Positions 45,364-57,900 of a stretch of 64,000 nucleotides of DNA are shown here, one piece after another (position 1 is the first letter of the stretch; each line of letters opens with the position of its first letter). The stretch spans positions 6,264,001 to 6,328,000 of the forward strand of contig NW_024704742.1 in the NCBI RefSeq assembly GCF_018977255.1. The letters run 5' to 3'. The DNA is from Callorhinchus milii (lineage: Eukaryota). Below the pieces are notes generated by a model. That model searched no databases, was not told where the DNA came from, and was given only the letters and a program-made list of their open reading frames with translations. Both the position numbers and the translations under genes were made by a program.

Positions 45364-46349
45364 CACAGTATGCTGTATTCTTCAACAAAATACACAGTCA
45401 ATTTACTTTACAGTATATCCTGTGAAGTGCTTGAGATTTCTTGACGATATAAAGGGGGGTAAATTCAAAACACATCTATTGCAAACACTATTTCAGTGAG
45501 CGAATAGTGAACCTGTGGAACAGGCTCCCTAGGGAGATGGTTGAAGCAGGAAGTGTTGATTCTTTCAAACACAGATTAGATAGTTTTCTTTTAGGAAATA
45601 ACATTATGGGATACAGTACATAGGGAGTTTGGGCAATATGTGCAATGCACAGCCGGGAAGGTGGAAGGCGAATTAGATGGAGCTTGGTCTTTTTTCGTCT
45701 AGCATTTCTTATGTTCTTGTGTTCTTATGATGTGATAAGGTACTACACCAAATGCAAGGATTATTATTATTATGTATTTTAATTAATAAAATGGTCCAAA
45801 TGTTGGAAATCCCTACAGTACTTGTCAATGTTTATCCTGGACTGTTGGTGGTCTTATACAAAGAGCATTGGCGCTGACTGCATGTTAAGGTGAGATTTAT
45901 GCTCATGATTTTCCTACCTGCAGACGGGCTGCTGGGCTGTCAGAGAATAATAGAAATTTATAGCACAGAAGGAGACCATTTGGCCCATTGAGGCTGCATA
46001 GGCTCTCAGAGCAAGATGTTCATTCAATCCCACTGCCTTGCTCTATCCCCATATTGCTTTGAGGCTCCATCTGTCATATACTTACCCATTTCTCTCTTGA
46101 AACCCATGATGGACTCTGTCTCCAGCAAGTTAACTGGCTGGATATTCCACATCCCAATAACAAAAAAAAGACCTAAACTATCCTTCCATTCTTCTTGTGA
46201 CTATCTTATAACCGATCCCTGCCTCCCCTAACAGTGGAAACAGCACAGTCTTGTGAAATAATCAATGGCACATGGCACAGGGGTATTGTATCAAGATAAG
46301 AATCAGCACCATCAGCACAGGATTTAAAGAGATATGTTTTTGGTCAAAT

Positions 46350-46690
46350 GATATCTGACACGCAGAAATCCAGCACTCCATCACCATGCTTGAGTATTCA
46401 AAGCATACTCCTGAGAGTTCCACATATGCATGACAATTTCCATTTGGCTGGAATATTGGGATTGCATTCTCTCCTTGAAGGGAAACACTCTTAATTAACT
46501 GATCCCAGAAAGTATTTATTGCAGGTTGGCAAGAGACAAGGCTTGGAGTATGCATCAGGGTTTAACCAGCTAAATGGGTGCAGCTTGTCATTGCGAACAC
46601 TGTCTTGCAAGTTTCCTGCTACTTGTCCAGCTAGGGCCACCCTACCTACCCATAAAAATGTGAAGTAAAGAAAACACCAAACATGGAAAG
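46350..46690 (+). repeat. Unclassified ancient dispersed repeat (copies also at ~1570-1860, 7045-7265, 18785-18935, 29330-29560, 29765-29815)
   Basis: Shared ordered motifs CTGACACATGCAGAAA, GTATCCAAACCA, GAGTTCCACATATGCATG, AGGTTGGCAAGAG.CAAGG, TTAACCAGCTAA, GCAAGTTTCCTGCT.CTTGTCCA. Confidence 0.7.
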
Positions 46691-48534
46691 GAAAATTCAA
46701 CAGAACTTCAACCCTTCCTGCTTCTGTGGAATGTCAAGCTATTTCTTGTATATTATTTCAATATGTAGCAGAAGGAAGTTGGGTGGTCACCCTTGTGGAG
46801 TACATGTTCTGACAGTAAACATACAGGGTGTTGGCACCAGTTACATTCCGAAGTCTGATTAAACTCTTAAGGATTACAGTTGCTCTATGGAACAAGATAA
46901 GAATCACACATTAGCTACTTTTGGCCCCATAACCAATGCATGACAGGCCTGTGTCCATTATTGGCAGCACCCATCTCCTCATAACATACAGTCCTGAACA
47001 TCCTTGTTATTGGTTGGGTTTGCTTCCTTCTGGCTGGCCTGGAGTGGTTATTCCAATTTGTTGAGCTGACCACGATTGACAGCTCCCCTCTCCGTACAAT
47101 ATTGCTGATGTTTGCATGGTGCTGAAATCCAACAATTTCACTCGGGTTCCACACCATGTTACCAGATAACCAACAGGTAGTAACCAAGAAAGAGTGTTTC
47201 ACAATGGCGGGGTCAGACGCTGAGCAAGGAAGAAGGGGGAGGTGACCATAGGCACAGTCAAAGATGGAGGTCTTGCAGGAGTGTGTTTCAGGGAGAGGAG
47301 AGAAATTGTTTTCTTTGGGGCTCTCCTATTCATCACGTGGGTAAAGCTGATGTCCTGGTTCTGTTCAAGATCCCTGGTTGAAATATCCCCTGATTTGTCC
47401 CTGGGTATGTATAAATAACTGAAATGCTAATTTAATTTCAGCATCTTCATTGCCATGCTGTTCATAACTTGAAATCACATTAGAAAGTTATAAGTGTCCA
47501 GGGACAAACTTGTAAAACTTAAGGAACAAAATGAGCTGCGTGGACTATGTGGAGCAGAAACAAGTCTTGTTGTGTTTGTTTTACATATGGTTCAGGGACA
47601 GAGAAATCTGTACACCTTGTTGAGTAAACATAGGATCTCTGTCTTCATTCCTCTGGTACTTGTGTGAGCCTCCAATTTAAGCTAACAGGATTCTTGATTG
47701 AAATTGCTTGGATAGTCACTCCATATCACGAAGAGGAGGCTTTGATCATTAAGCCCTGTTTGGAAGAGATTAATGGTTAAAAAAGCATCTGTTTCCAATG
47801 TTTGCCAAGCAAGAGCTGAGATGCCAATCCCGAAATTAACCCTTTCTGAACAATAGTAGCCAAAATAACTATGAATTCCCATTGAGAATAATGGGTGTAC
47901 TTGAAAATAATAATAATCCTTGCATTTGATATAGCGCCTTATCACGTCTTCGAAATGCCTTAAAGCACTTCACAGAATACACTGTGAAGTGAATTGACTG
48001 TATATTTTTGTGGGCGAAAATGTTCAGATGGTAAGAGTTTAAACATCACTATGATTGATGACTCAGGTACATGTGGGCATCGCAAGGTTAAGTCTGGGCT
48101 TTGTTGCAGATAAAGTGGAAATGAAGTGATATTTCAAATATTAGTCATTTGTTTTGTCTCAGAGAATCCCATTACAACTACACAGTCACTACAGCATACA
48201 CCTTACATCTTATAGAAACTTGTAAAGTGCTTTGAGACATTCTGAGCAGTATCGACACTATATGAAATGCAAAAATGATGATGTTTTTATTAATATATAA
48301 CAGTGAGGCAATTGTTATCTTTAGTGATAAGTTGTATGGTGGACGTCATTATCACCAATTAACTAGTTTCTCTTTTGCCTACATTGACAGGGAAATTGAT
48401 TGAACATTTGTGCTGCTCTGTCTAACAGCACAGCAACCATGCATTTCCCATGAATTGAACCATAAGGGTATTTTAAGTCGCCTGACCTCACCAGTGTTCA
48501 CAGTCCTTGACCCACTAGCTATAACATGTTGCTC

Positions 48535-48890
48535 ACCTGTTAGTCTAGTTGGTAAAGGTACCACTCCATAAATCACTAAGCCATACACACCGCTGAAGTT
48601 GCAGGTTCAAATGTCGCTGGTGAGTTAGCTGATCTCATCTGTGATGGGACCTGTTGACCTTTGCAGCCCTGAGTTTGAGAAGCGATAAAAGTCAGGGTTC
48701 CTGTTCCTGATCACTATCTAGAAATCCTCGTAGGAAAGTGAGCATGTGTGGACGTTGAGGGCGGGCAGGATTGGGTTTGGTTGTGATAGCTCCATTGACA
48801 AATTACCAACCAATACTCAGTGACAAAATGCACATGTGAAGAACCACCACTTGGATTAACCAATAGATCTGTGGAACTGATCTCCAGCAA
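48535..48890 (+). mobile_element. Third, older tRNA-like SINE family (unassigned); related pieces at ~2360-3110(+), 5820-6000(+), 59890-60170(-)
   Basis: AGTTGGTAAA head, GGTTCAAAT B-box-like motif, TTAGCTGATCTCA shared with ~2820. Confidence 0.5.
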
Positions 48891-49549
48891 GAGTGTGTTC
48901 CGTTAGATGTGTAAGAGGACAGAACAGGAAACAAAACCAGAAACAAGCACCCCCATCCCTCCCCCAAGAATTGTCCAGTCTGGGACCTCAATGTGCACAG
49001 TCAATTTACTTTACAGTGTACTCTGTGAAGAGCTTTGGGACGTCTCGAAGATGTGATAAGGCGCTATATCAAATGGAAGGATTATTGTTATTACTAACAT
49101 GGATGAGAAGATTGTCATATTACAAAATCCTTATTCAATATAACGGTATTCCTGGGGGAGAAAATGCACCAAATTTGAAAGACTTAATAACAGGTATCTC
49201 TTGTCTCCAATAAAATCTTTGAACAAATCGTTACCTCGAATAATCTGCACACTCCCTGAAACTCCTACTGACTTTTAGAACTGAACTTCAATCTCCCCTT
49301 GTTCCAGTGGGTAGCATTTTACTGAAAATTCTTGGGACTTTTCTTCACAGAACAGAAACAAACACATATGTTTCGAAATTCAGTGCAGACTTTCAGACAA
49401 TGATATTCAAGATTCAGAAATACATTTTAAAATATCGAAAAAACAGAAGCCACTGGGTAAGGAAGGTGTTGTTAAATACTGATGTTTCAATACCGATGGC
49501 TCCATTACATCTGGGAGAAGTTTGGGAAACATTGTTTTCTAAATTTCTA

Positions 49550-49893
49550 AAGAGCACTCGCCCCACAAGCGTGTGACCTGGGTTCGATTCCCAGCAGGGC
49601 GAAACGTTGGGCAAGTTTCCTTACTCCACACGCTTCCGATTACCTAGAAGTAAGTAGGAACCCGGTCGTTAGTCAATTGGCGGAACACTTTTCCGGGGAT
49701 AATAATTCCTTCAAAAGAAAAAAATAATTTGGTCACTCAATCCACGACTGTTTTTGGGACACTGCTGTGTGCAATTGGCTGCTCACAAAATACACAGTCA
49801 ATTCACTTTACAGTATATTCTGTGAAGCGCTTCGAGATGTCTTGAAGGTGTGATGAGACACTATATCAAATGCGAGGATTATTATTATTATTT
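49550..49893 (+). mobile_element. SINE family A
   Basis: B box GGTTCGATTCCC, body, TTA tail. Confidence 0.9.
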
Positions 49894-50734
49894 ATCCGCT
49901 AAAACTCAAGATGCTATGGTGATTGTTCCTAAAATAGTGGCTAAGGCCAAGTTCCTTCACACCTTCAATTGAATCAGCCGACTGCTGAAAAGTGGCCTTT
50001 AAGCATCTCTGGAACAGGAGGTCAAGAGGATCAACAGAGAGAGAAAGAGAGAGATAAGAGAGAGAGAAGAGAGAGTGTTGGTTCTCTGGGTTCCCTGTTT
50101 GTTTTCTGTTCTGTGAAGAAAAGTACTGAGAATGTTTAGTAAAAATTAAGCATTATTCGTAATTAAATTATTATTAAGCTGTTCGATGTTACTTTAATTA
50201 TAATTTAATCGTTATTTCACCTATTTTAAAGCCTGCGTGTACATTTCTAAAATTGTAACATTCATTTATAATAAGTATTCCAATATTCAGAATTCAAAGA
50301 TAATTCTTCAATTGGGAAAAAAAAGGAGCTGGTCTGATTGCTGATATATTTACGTCCTTGTTTCATGGAAACTGGAAGAGCGATTTCTCAATGTTTTATT
50401 GTTGGCCCGAGCTATTCTGAGCTTAACTGTTTGCGATTGCGAGATTAGTGCACTCCGCAGAATAGGCTCAGATGGAACAGAGACCGGGGAAGCTGAAATC
50501 TCTAATAATTGAGAAACAGAGATAAGCCAAACAATCGTAAATTTGGGACAAATCTCATAAAACATGGAGGAGAGAGAAATGGGGAAAATCTGTCAAGTTC
50601 AACTAAATATTGAAATCCGGCTGTTGGAGCCGGATGTAAAAGAGCCAAGGTACTTTAGTGTCTGGATGGAACTAGAGTGAATGGTGCGTAATCCAGACTT
50701 TATTTCAACTCCAATAAAATAAAATAAAAATAAA

Positions 50735-50915
50735 TAATAATAATTTGGTCGCTCAATCCACGACTGTTTGTGGGGACGCTGCCGTGCGCAATTGGCTGCC
50801 GTGTTTCGCCTACAAAATATACACTCAATTCACTTTACAGTATATTCTGTGAAGCGCTTTGAGGCGTCTCGAAGATGTCATAAGGCGCTCTATCAAATTC
50901 AAGGATTATTATTAT
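50735..50915 (+). mobile_element. SINE family A 3' half
   Basis: Tail match; similar 3' fragments at ~3462(-), 9225(+), 16687(-), 17853(+), 37878(+), 47907(-), 48990(+), 59015(-), 59497(-), 60248(+), 62545(-). Confidence 0.85.
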
Positions 50916-51191
50916 TGATGATGTCTTGTTGGGATATAAAGTTGTTGGAAGAAAGAATCAGGAATGCCTGTTCCATAAACTCAATGTCAAAATACACTGT
51001 ACGATGGGACACATTGCTCTTCTGTGGTTATTTTATCCGTTGGACCGCAAACATCTGCAATGCAGACGTTTTCTGAAACCTGTTGGTTTAAGATTAAACT
51101 TGTTAAAATATGTAGCAGCAGCTGCATTTGGCAGGACAGTAAAGTCTTCATTTAAACAAATTGGTTATTGCACATGCTGCATTCTAATTGC

Positions 51192-51630
51192 TGTCAGCCT
51201 GGCTCGGTTCATAGCGTTCTCGCCTCTGAGTTAGAAGATTGGAGGTTCAAGTCTTACTTTGGGACCTGGAACTCATATAATCCAAGCTGTCACTCCATTG
51301 CGCTGCTGGGAAGTACTGCGTTGTTGGAGGTGATGTCCTTCAAATAATATGTTGAACTAATTATATGTCTGTCTGTTCAGGTGGATGCTGAAGATCCCAT
51401 GGCACTGTTCGGAAAGGAAAGGAAGCTTCTCTCAGTGTCCTGGTCAAAAATTCCCCAAATAAAAATTGGTTATTGCCTTTGTGGTTGTTTGAGGGACATT
51501 GCTTTGTGCAAACTGGCTGCTGCATTCGCCCACAAAACACACAGCCACTGCGCTTTACAATAAATCTTATGAAGCGATTTGAGGCGTCCTCCTGATGTGA
51601 AAGATGTTATACTAAATGTAAGAATTATAT
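51192..51630 (+). mobile_element. Older Deu-domain SINE (DeuSINE superfamily, SacSINE1/AmnSINE1-like), near full length
   Basis: tRNA-like head, then GTTGGAGGTG..GTCCTTCA.AT...GTCTGTTCAGGTGGATG..AAGATCCCATGGCACT, matching the Deu domain as I recall it; L2-type tail. Confidence 0.75.
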
Positions 51631-53399
51631 GCACCCACAGTTAATCGGTTGTTAGTAGCAAAGCATGATAGAAAAAAACATCAGAATTGATACTCTGCTT
51701 GTAGATCATTGGATTTGCTGTGTGTGACCATATTTGAATCCTCCCAATCACATCTCAGAAAGTGTTATTTCTACCCTTAGAATAGATACAGTTCAAGTAG
51801 ATACAGAGTAAACCTAAGAAAAAGTCATATTTCTTTCAACACTCAATAAAGGCAATATAGCAAAGAAACTCTTGTTTGTTCATTTTCGTAATTCCAGTTC
51901 TTTCACACACATCGGTCAATCCAGAAGTTCCTGTATTGGACCGAGATGTAAAGAAATGTAGCCTTGCTCAGACTGGGTGCGAAACAGTGTTAATTAACCG
52001 ACCTAATAGACTCTGCAGCTTGTGTTCCAATACATAAGAGTCTGTAAAGCCATAGGGGCACCTTCGAATGTGAACTGTTAGTTCGCTTAAGTCTGGCTTT
52101 AGTTTCAGACACATCTCAGACGGTCTGAAAAATTCCGGGCCGAGCTGTGGGGTTTCTCGATTGGTTCAGTTCCTCAATGCCAAAGTTTGGATAATCAGGA
52201 ATGGGAAGTAGTCAGTTAGGACCTTCGAAAACCGCAGCAGCCCAGCCCCACGGGCCACCCCAACACAACTTACTGAAAAGACCTTTGTTTCTTTTCTTCA
52301 ATCCCAACACATTCCATCTTTGTGAAGAGAGGTGCTTTAAGAAACCAGGGTGCAAATGGCATAGACTTTTATACCAGCCTCCTTTGCACCAGTTTTAATC
52401 TTCTGGGTCAACAAAGCAGAGACCAGTCAGCTCTCACTTGTTACCGCTGTTGCTTTTGTATATCAACACCAACAATAACAATTTGCATTTATTCAGTCGC
52501 GTTGACAGTCTGACAGTGATATCATGGTAGAGCTATTTTAAGGACCTGTATAAAATAAGAAGAAAATAGAATAAAGACCCCCCCCCCTCCTCTCTGTTGT
52601 AACATAACGTAATGTTCCCTGTTGCCACTTTCTTAATACTGTCAAACCGACCTGGATGAGGTTTCTGAGTGATGCTATTACCATTTGGTCGTAGTTGGGA
52701 ACATATAGATTTCCAGATCCAGAACATGCAGGATAGGACATGAATAATACACTAAAATAGCAAGACAATTTCTTATTGATCGTAAATCATAGAAAATGTG
52801 GAAATACTTACACAGCAAATGAGAAAAAGCTGTGACAAAGCTGGACACATTTCATTGAATCTGACAGTGCACTATTTATAGATTATGAAAGGAGCGTTGC
52901 TCTTGGAAATCAAAACACTGTGTTGCTGGTACATCTAAAGTATACCTCGACTTGAGCAAAAAAAAAAGCTGGATACTGGAAAAATAAAGGCCATTAAAGC
53001 GACCACCTATCAATGTGTTTGGTCACAGTGTGGGTGAAATCGGAGTCTGAGAAGTCGGCAGCATCGTTGAGGTTTTCAGCATCTCTGAATGCTTCTCCAC
53101 AGAGCAGTCACCCTTCAGTTGGTAGTTTTCATCCGCAGATTGAGTCAAGCTCTCTGTGAGCTCTGTACCAGCGGCTGTGTGAGGTTAGCGCCAGCAAAAC
53201 ATTGTAACAATTATAATTTTTTTTTGGTGTGGTTTGCGAACGATAATTCAGTGCTTAAATACTGAACACTGACTCCGTCAAATTTGAAAATCACTGAACA
53301 CAAATGTTATTTTTTACTGAGGGGCACGGTTAGCTCCAAGCAATTACTGCGAGGATTTAGTCTGTTTGATGTCCGTAATGCGACGGTATCTTATGTAAG

Positions 53400-53785
53400 T
53401 GTGTCAGCCTGGCTCTCTCAGTTGGGAGACACTCTCACATGTTGGGGACCCGGTCCTCGCATCGTCTTCGTCTGGCATTCCAGTGCATTGCCGTGGGTGT
53501 GGCGCATTGTCGGAGGTGCCGGCCTTCAGATGAAACAATCAACCAAGGTCCCGTCTGCCTGTTCAGGTGGGGTTAAAGATCCCATCCCATATTACTTCGA
53601 ACACAAAAGGGAGTTTCTCTCGGTGTCCTGGGCAATACTCCACCAAATAAGTTTGGTCACTCACTTCATGGCTGTGCGCGAATGAACTGCTGTGCTCGCC
53701 TACAGATACACGGTCATTCTACTTTGAGACGTCGCGAAGACGTGATAAGGCGCTATATCAAATGCAAGGATTATTATTATTATTT
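53400..53785 (+). mobile_element. Deu-domain SINE ending in a family-A-type tail
   Basis: GTCGGAGGTGCC..CCTTCAGATGA...GTCCCGTCTGCCTGTTCAGGTGG; tail GACGTCGCGAAGACGTGATAAGGCGC + (TTA)n. Confidence 0.78.
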
Positions 53786-55087
53786 AGAACAGAACTGAAG
53801 AGCAACCTGGATTTCTCACTTAAGAGTTCTCAGATTTGAAAAATGTAACTTCATTTTTTAAAAACAAAAATTACAGCCACAAAACATTCTTGTTCGCGGG
53901 TGGCAAACCCGTGAACAAATAATATTTGGTAATATAATTTTACCATTTCACCTCTGTACAGAGGTCTTTCAAAATACTGACCAATTACTTCTGGAGAGAG
54001 GTGAGAAGGTAGTTTAAGTGAAATACTGGAGCCCATTAAAGTAGTCTTCGTCCCTTTTATAGGCATTATTAAAATTATTTTTAAATAGAAAACAACACTC
54101 AATACTAAAATAATGGAATTATAAGAACACACGAGTGTTATAAATAGAATATGCCTTGGAAGGCAGTGAAATATGATTTTTATCCTGACTCGGGAGACAG
54201 AATGGAACTTATTCATGGAAATAAAAATAAAATCACATTTCAACAATCTTTGGAGTGTATAGAATTTGTATCCCGAGGGCATCATTTTAAGTGTTATTTT
54301 AAAAATAAAAAATGCATTTCATTCAATATTTATTTATAGAGTACATTGGATTATTAAGCGTATCCAAAAATATCACTATACATAAGGTGCAAGTGGCAGC
54401 AATATTCAGCCCTCAAAAAATAGTAACTAAAATCCATTTACAATTCTTACCTTGTTATCAGCTTGGCAATGAGTTGTTTAAGGTAAGCTAACTGAACTGT
54501 TTGAGGTGATTTGTAGAGACACAGCAGAGGAACTAAGGAATGATCTCTGATTTTAATGCTGGACGCTTAGTTGACATGGAGATGAAAATTGCAATGCTGC
54601 TTAATCGATTTGTGGTGTTAATTAACATGTCAAATCTTTTATTACTAATAAAAATAATCCTTGCATTTGATATTATGCCTTTTCATGTCAAAATGTCTCC
54701 AAGCCTCCCCCAACACAGCACAGAAGTGTTAGCCAAGATGATGAACTCAAAGTCCCAACGTGGATCTTGAGCCCACAAACCCTCTTACTCAGAGGCAGTA
54801 ATGCTTCCGACTGAGCCAGGCTGACACATCCTAATATTCCCTCCATGGTCTCTTTTTAAAAATTGGTAATATTCCTTAATATTATCTAGGTGCACAAGAT
54901 AAATAAATGGATTACTTAACGTAGGAATTAAAATGAAAGAAAGTGTTTCTAAGCAAACTATCTCTGTCTAACAATTAACTGCTAGTAGTAAGAAGGATGC
55001 TTCAAGAAAAAGGTTTACATTTGTAATAATGCTTAGTTGGACCTTTTTCATAAGGCATCTGTCGCACTTAAATAGGGATTCTTTCCA

Positions 55088-55370
55088 ATAATAATAGTAA
55101 TAACAATAATAATAATGCATGCATTTCATGTAGCGCCTTATCACGTTTTCGAGTCGTCTCAAAGCGCTTCACAGAATATATTGTAAAGTGTAGTAACTGT
55201 ATTATCTGGCCGAAATGCGGCAGCCAATTGCACAGAGCAGTGTACCACAAACAGTCGTGGATTGATTGACTGAATTATTATTATTATTATTATTATTTTT
55301 GAGAGGGATTATTACCCACGGAAAGTGATCTGCCAATCGGGTTCCTACTCACTGCTAGGTAAACAGAGGC
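55088..55370 (-). mobile_element. SINE family A, 5'-truncated
   Basis: Reverse complement of body and tail. Confidence 0.88.
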
Positions 55371-56019
55371 AACATAGTATAATAGCAATGCGGAAATATG
55401 TCGAAACTTTCTGAAACAATCCACGTTCAGAACAGAGCCCCTGCGAGTTGACAGGAATTCCTAGAGGATTCTTCCGAGGAAAACGCTAATTTGACCCCTT
55501 AGTTCTGTAGCTGGGAGCAGGTGTATCTATATCGCGCCAACAACAGCCTAAAAGCACATGGGTTAACAGAGCTCATTTTAAGAGACACAGTGGTACATTT
55601 GCGTACATTTCCTCATTAGAAACAAAGGGAGACGTTCAAAGAGAAAGACAGCCAGTGTTGATGGAGATGGAAATGAAAGGCATGGGCTGCAGATGTGTGG
55701 AGTGCCAGAAATTATACTGCCTGATCTCTGCCAGATGGAAAGCTACTCTAGATGCTAACAGTATGTTTGAACTGTCTTATCACCACATCATTTATTCCAA
55801 AAAAAAGGAGTTAAATACAGGAGTAAGTAAATAACTACCGCCAGTGAAATAAAAACACCCATTTGGCCAATTATTAGGGGTGGAACAAATTAACATAAGT
55901 AACTGCACATTCTGGTAATTCAAAAGGTCTGTGATGCCAGCTGTATATATTTGTAACAGGTTTTACGACGGCTGAAAGATGTCATGTTTGTTTGTTTATT
56001 TGTTTGTTCAGTTGTTTAC

Positions 56020-56398
56020 AATAATAATCCTTGCATTTGATATCGCGTCTTATCACGTCTTCGAGATGTCCCAAAGCGCTTCATAGAATATACTGTAAAG
56101 TGAATTGACTGTATATTTTGGAGGCAAAACACGGCAGCCAATTGCCCACAACAGCGTCCCACAAACAGTCGTGGATTGAGTGACCTAATTATTATAATTT
56201 TTTTTGAATGGATTATTCGGAAAAGCAATCCACCAATCGACTAACAAACGGGTTCCTACTTACTCCTAGGTAAATAGAGGAGAGTGGAGTAAGGAAACTG
56301 ACCTTATGTTTCGCCATGCCGGGAATCAAACTCAGGTCCCCTCGCTTGCGATATCACTAACCAATACGTTACAGGATTCCACTCGCTACAGGACTCCA
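56020..56398 (-). mobile_element. SINE family A, full length
   Basis: Reverse complement from tail to the CTACAGGACTCC head. Confidence 0.9.
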
Positions 56399-57070
56399 CT
56401 TCTGGGGATAAATAATTACATTTATTTACCCCCAAAATGCCTAATTTAAAAAGTCAATGCAATTTCACATATGCAATGTCGTTTTTCGCAAACTAATAAA
56501 ATGTGCAGTAAAATGTGTAACCAACAGAGCAGCTTACATTACACTTTATTTTTGTCATTGTAATTGACAACACTTTTAATCAAGTGAATTTTACAAAAAC
56601 TGAGATGCCTTCCCTGCTTACTTAGTTTCAGGAAGGATTTGTGCTCGTAGGGTTAACAATAACTGAAGTGGGGAAAATACTTGCCTCCAGTTTGCCTCTC
56701 CAAGTCCTGCCGATAACTCCGGATTCAGGCTGTTTTGTCTTCAGCCATGGCTTGGATTACTGCAGACCCTCCTAGCTCAGGAACTGGACTACCAATGAGG
56801 GTTGATTCGATTCTAATATTCCATTGCCAGACATGTCACCTCGTAGCCAGTTCAGCCCCAAAGACACCCCATTTCCTCCCTCCCAAGGAGGATAGTCACT
56901 TGTGACCATTTGATAAGTGACAAGCAGTTTTCAGCCCTTGTTTGATGAATAGTATGTACCAAGAACATCCTCCTGTCCACTAATTGGACGCACATCCTTA
57001 CCCTTGGAACGATGGTTCCACCAGTTGGAAGTGCGAAACTTCAGCAGTGTCCGCTTACCTCTGCTTATCA

Positions 57071-57580
57071 ATCAACAACAACAACGTGCACTTGTATAGC
57101 GCCCTCCAAGCAGGGTAGGGTCTCAGAGCGCTTAACAGTGGCGGAGCTTGACTTCGAGCCGAGGGGAATGGGGAGGTGGCCGTAAGCACAGTCAAAGAGG
57201 AAAGTTTTCAGGCGGGACTTGAGAAAGGGGAGAAAGGGGGCAAAGCGGAGGGATTGAGGGAGAGTGTTCCAGAGTTTCGGGGCGTAGTGACTGAAAGCAC
57301 AACCTCTGATGGTGGGGCGGAGGGTGCGAGGGATGAGCAGGAGGCTGGTGCCAGTCAAGTGGAGCTGTTGGGTGGTGGATTGGGGAGTGAAGAGGTCGGA
57401 GAGGGAGGTAGGGAGGTGCCAGGAAGTGAAGGGATTTGAACACAGGATCTTAAAGTCAATCCGTTCAGTGATGGGGAGTTTTGAATGAGCTGATCTTGTG
57501 AATGTTGGAGCTGGGGGGAGACCGGCGAGGAGTGGGTTGGAGTAATCCAAGCGGGAGGTGACAAACACATGCACGACTGT
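57071..57580 (-). mobile_element. L2 LINE 3' end (second tail subtype)
   Basis: VHVFVTSRLDYSNPLL..LPITERIDFKIL..AFSHYAPKLWNTLPQSLR..LKSRLKTFLF; tail AAGCGCTCTGAGACCCTACCCTGC.TGGAGGGCGCTAT + TTG. Confidence 0.9.
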
Positions 57581-57900
57581 TTTTCGGCTGCATTTGCATC
57601 CGATCAAGGTGGATTTCACGCCCTTAATATATGAACGTGTGTTCATGGGACTCCAGGTAATGCCTTCCAGAGTTTCGTCATCAATGGGCATTTGCCTTCA
57701 GTGTGTTGGGAGGACCTTTTACAGGACAGAATGTGACGTACCACCCGCTTTGATCTTGTTGTTGAAGTCCACGTCCAATGCCATGTACCAGGCTGACTCA
57801 AAATCAATTTCTTTATCCAGGTCCTGATATAAGAGTCTTTGGCAAATAGATACTGCAACATAAGGGAACTGCCCATGTCCTAGATGCGGGGAAGAAGATA
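57580..57900 (-). pseudogene. Decayed coding-like fragment, possibly RTE-clade reverse transcriptase
   Basis: One frame with two stops: GQFPYV..DLDKEID..LDVDFNNKIKAG..VL*K..H*RQ..YIKGVKSTLIGCK; loosely resembles RTE FPYLGS..DKEI..RI.KA..VYKAVV.STLLYGCE. Confidence 0.35.
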
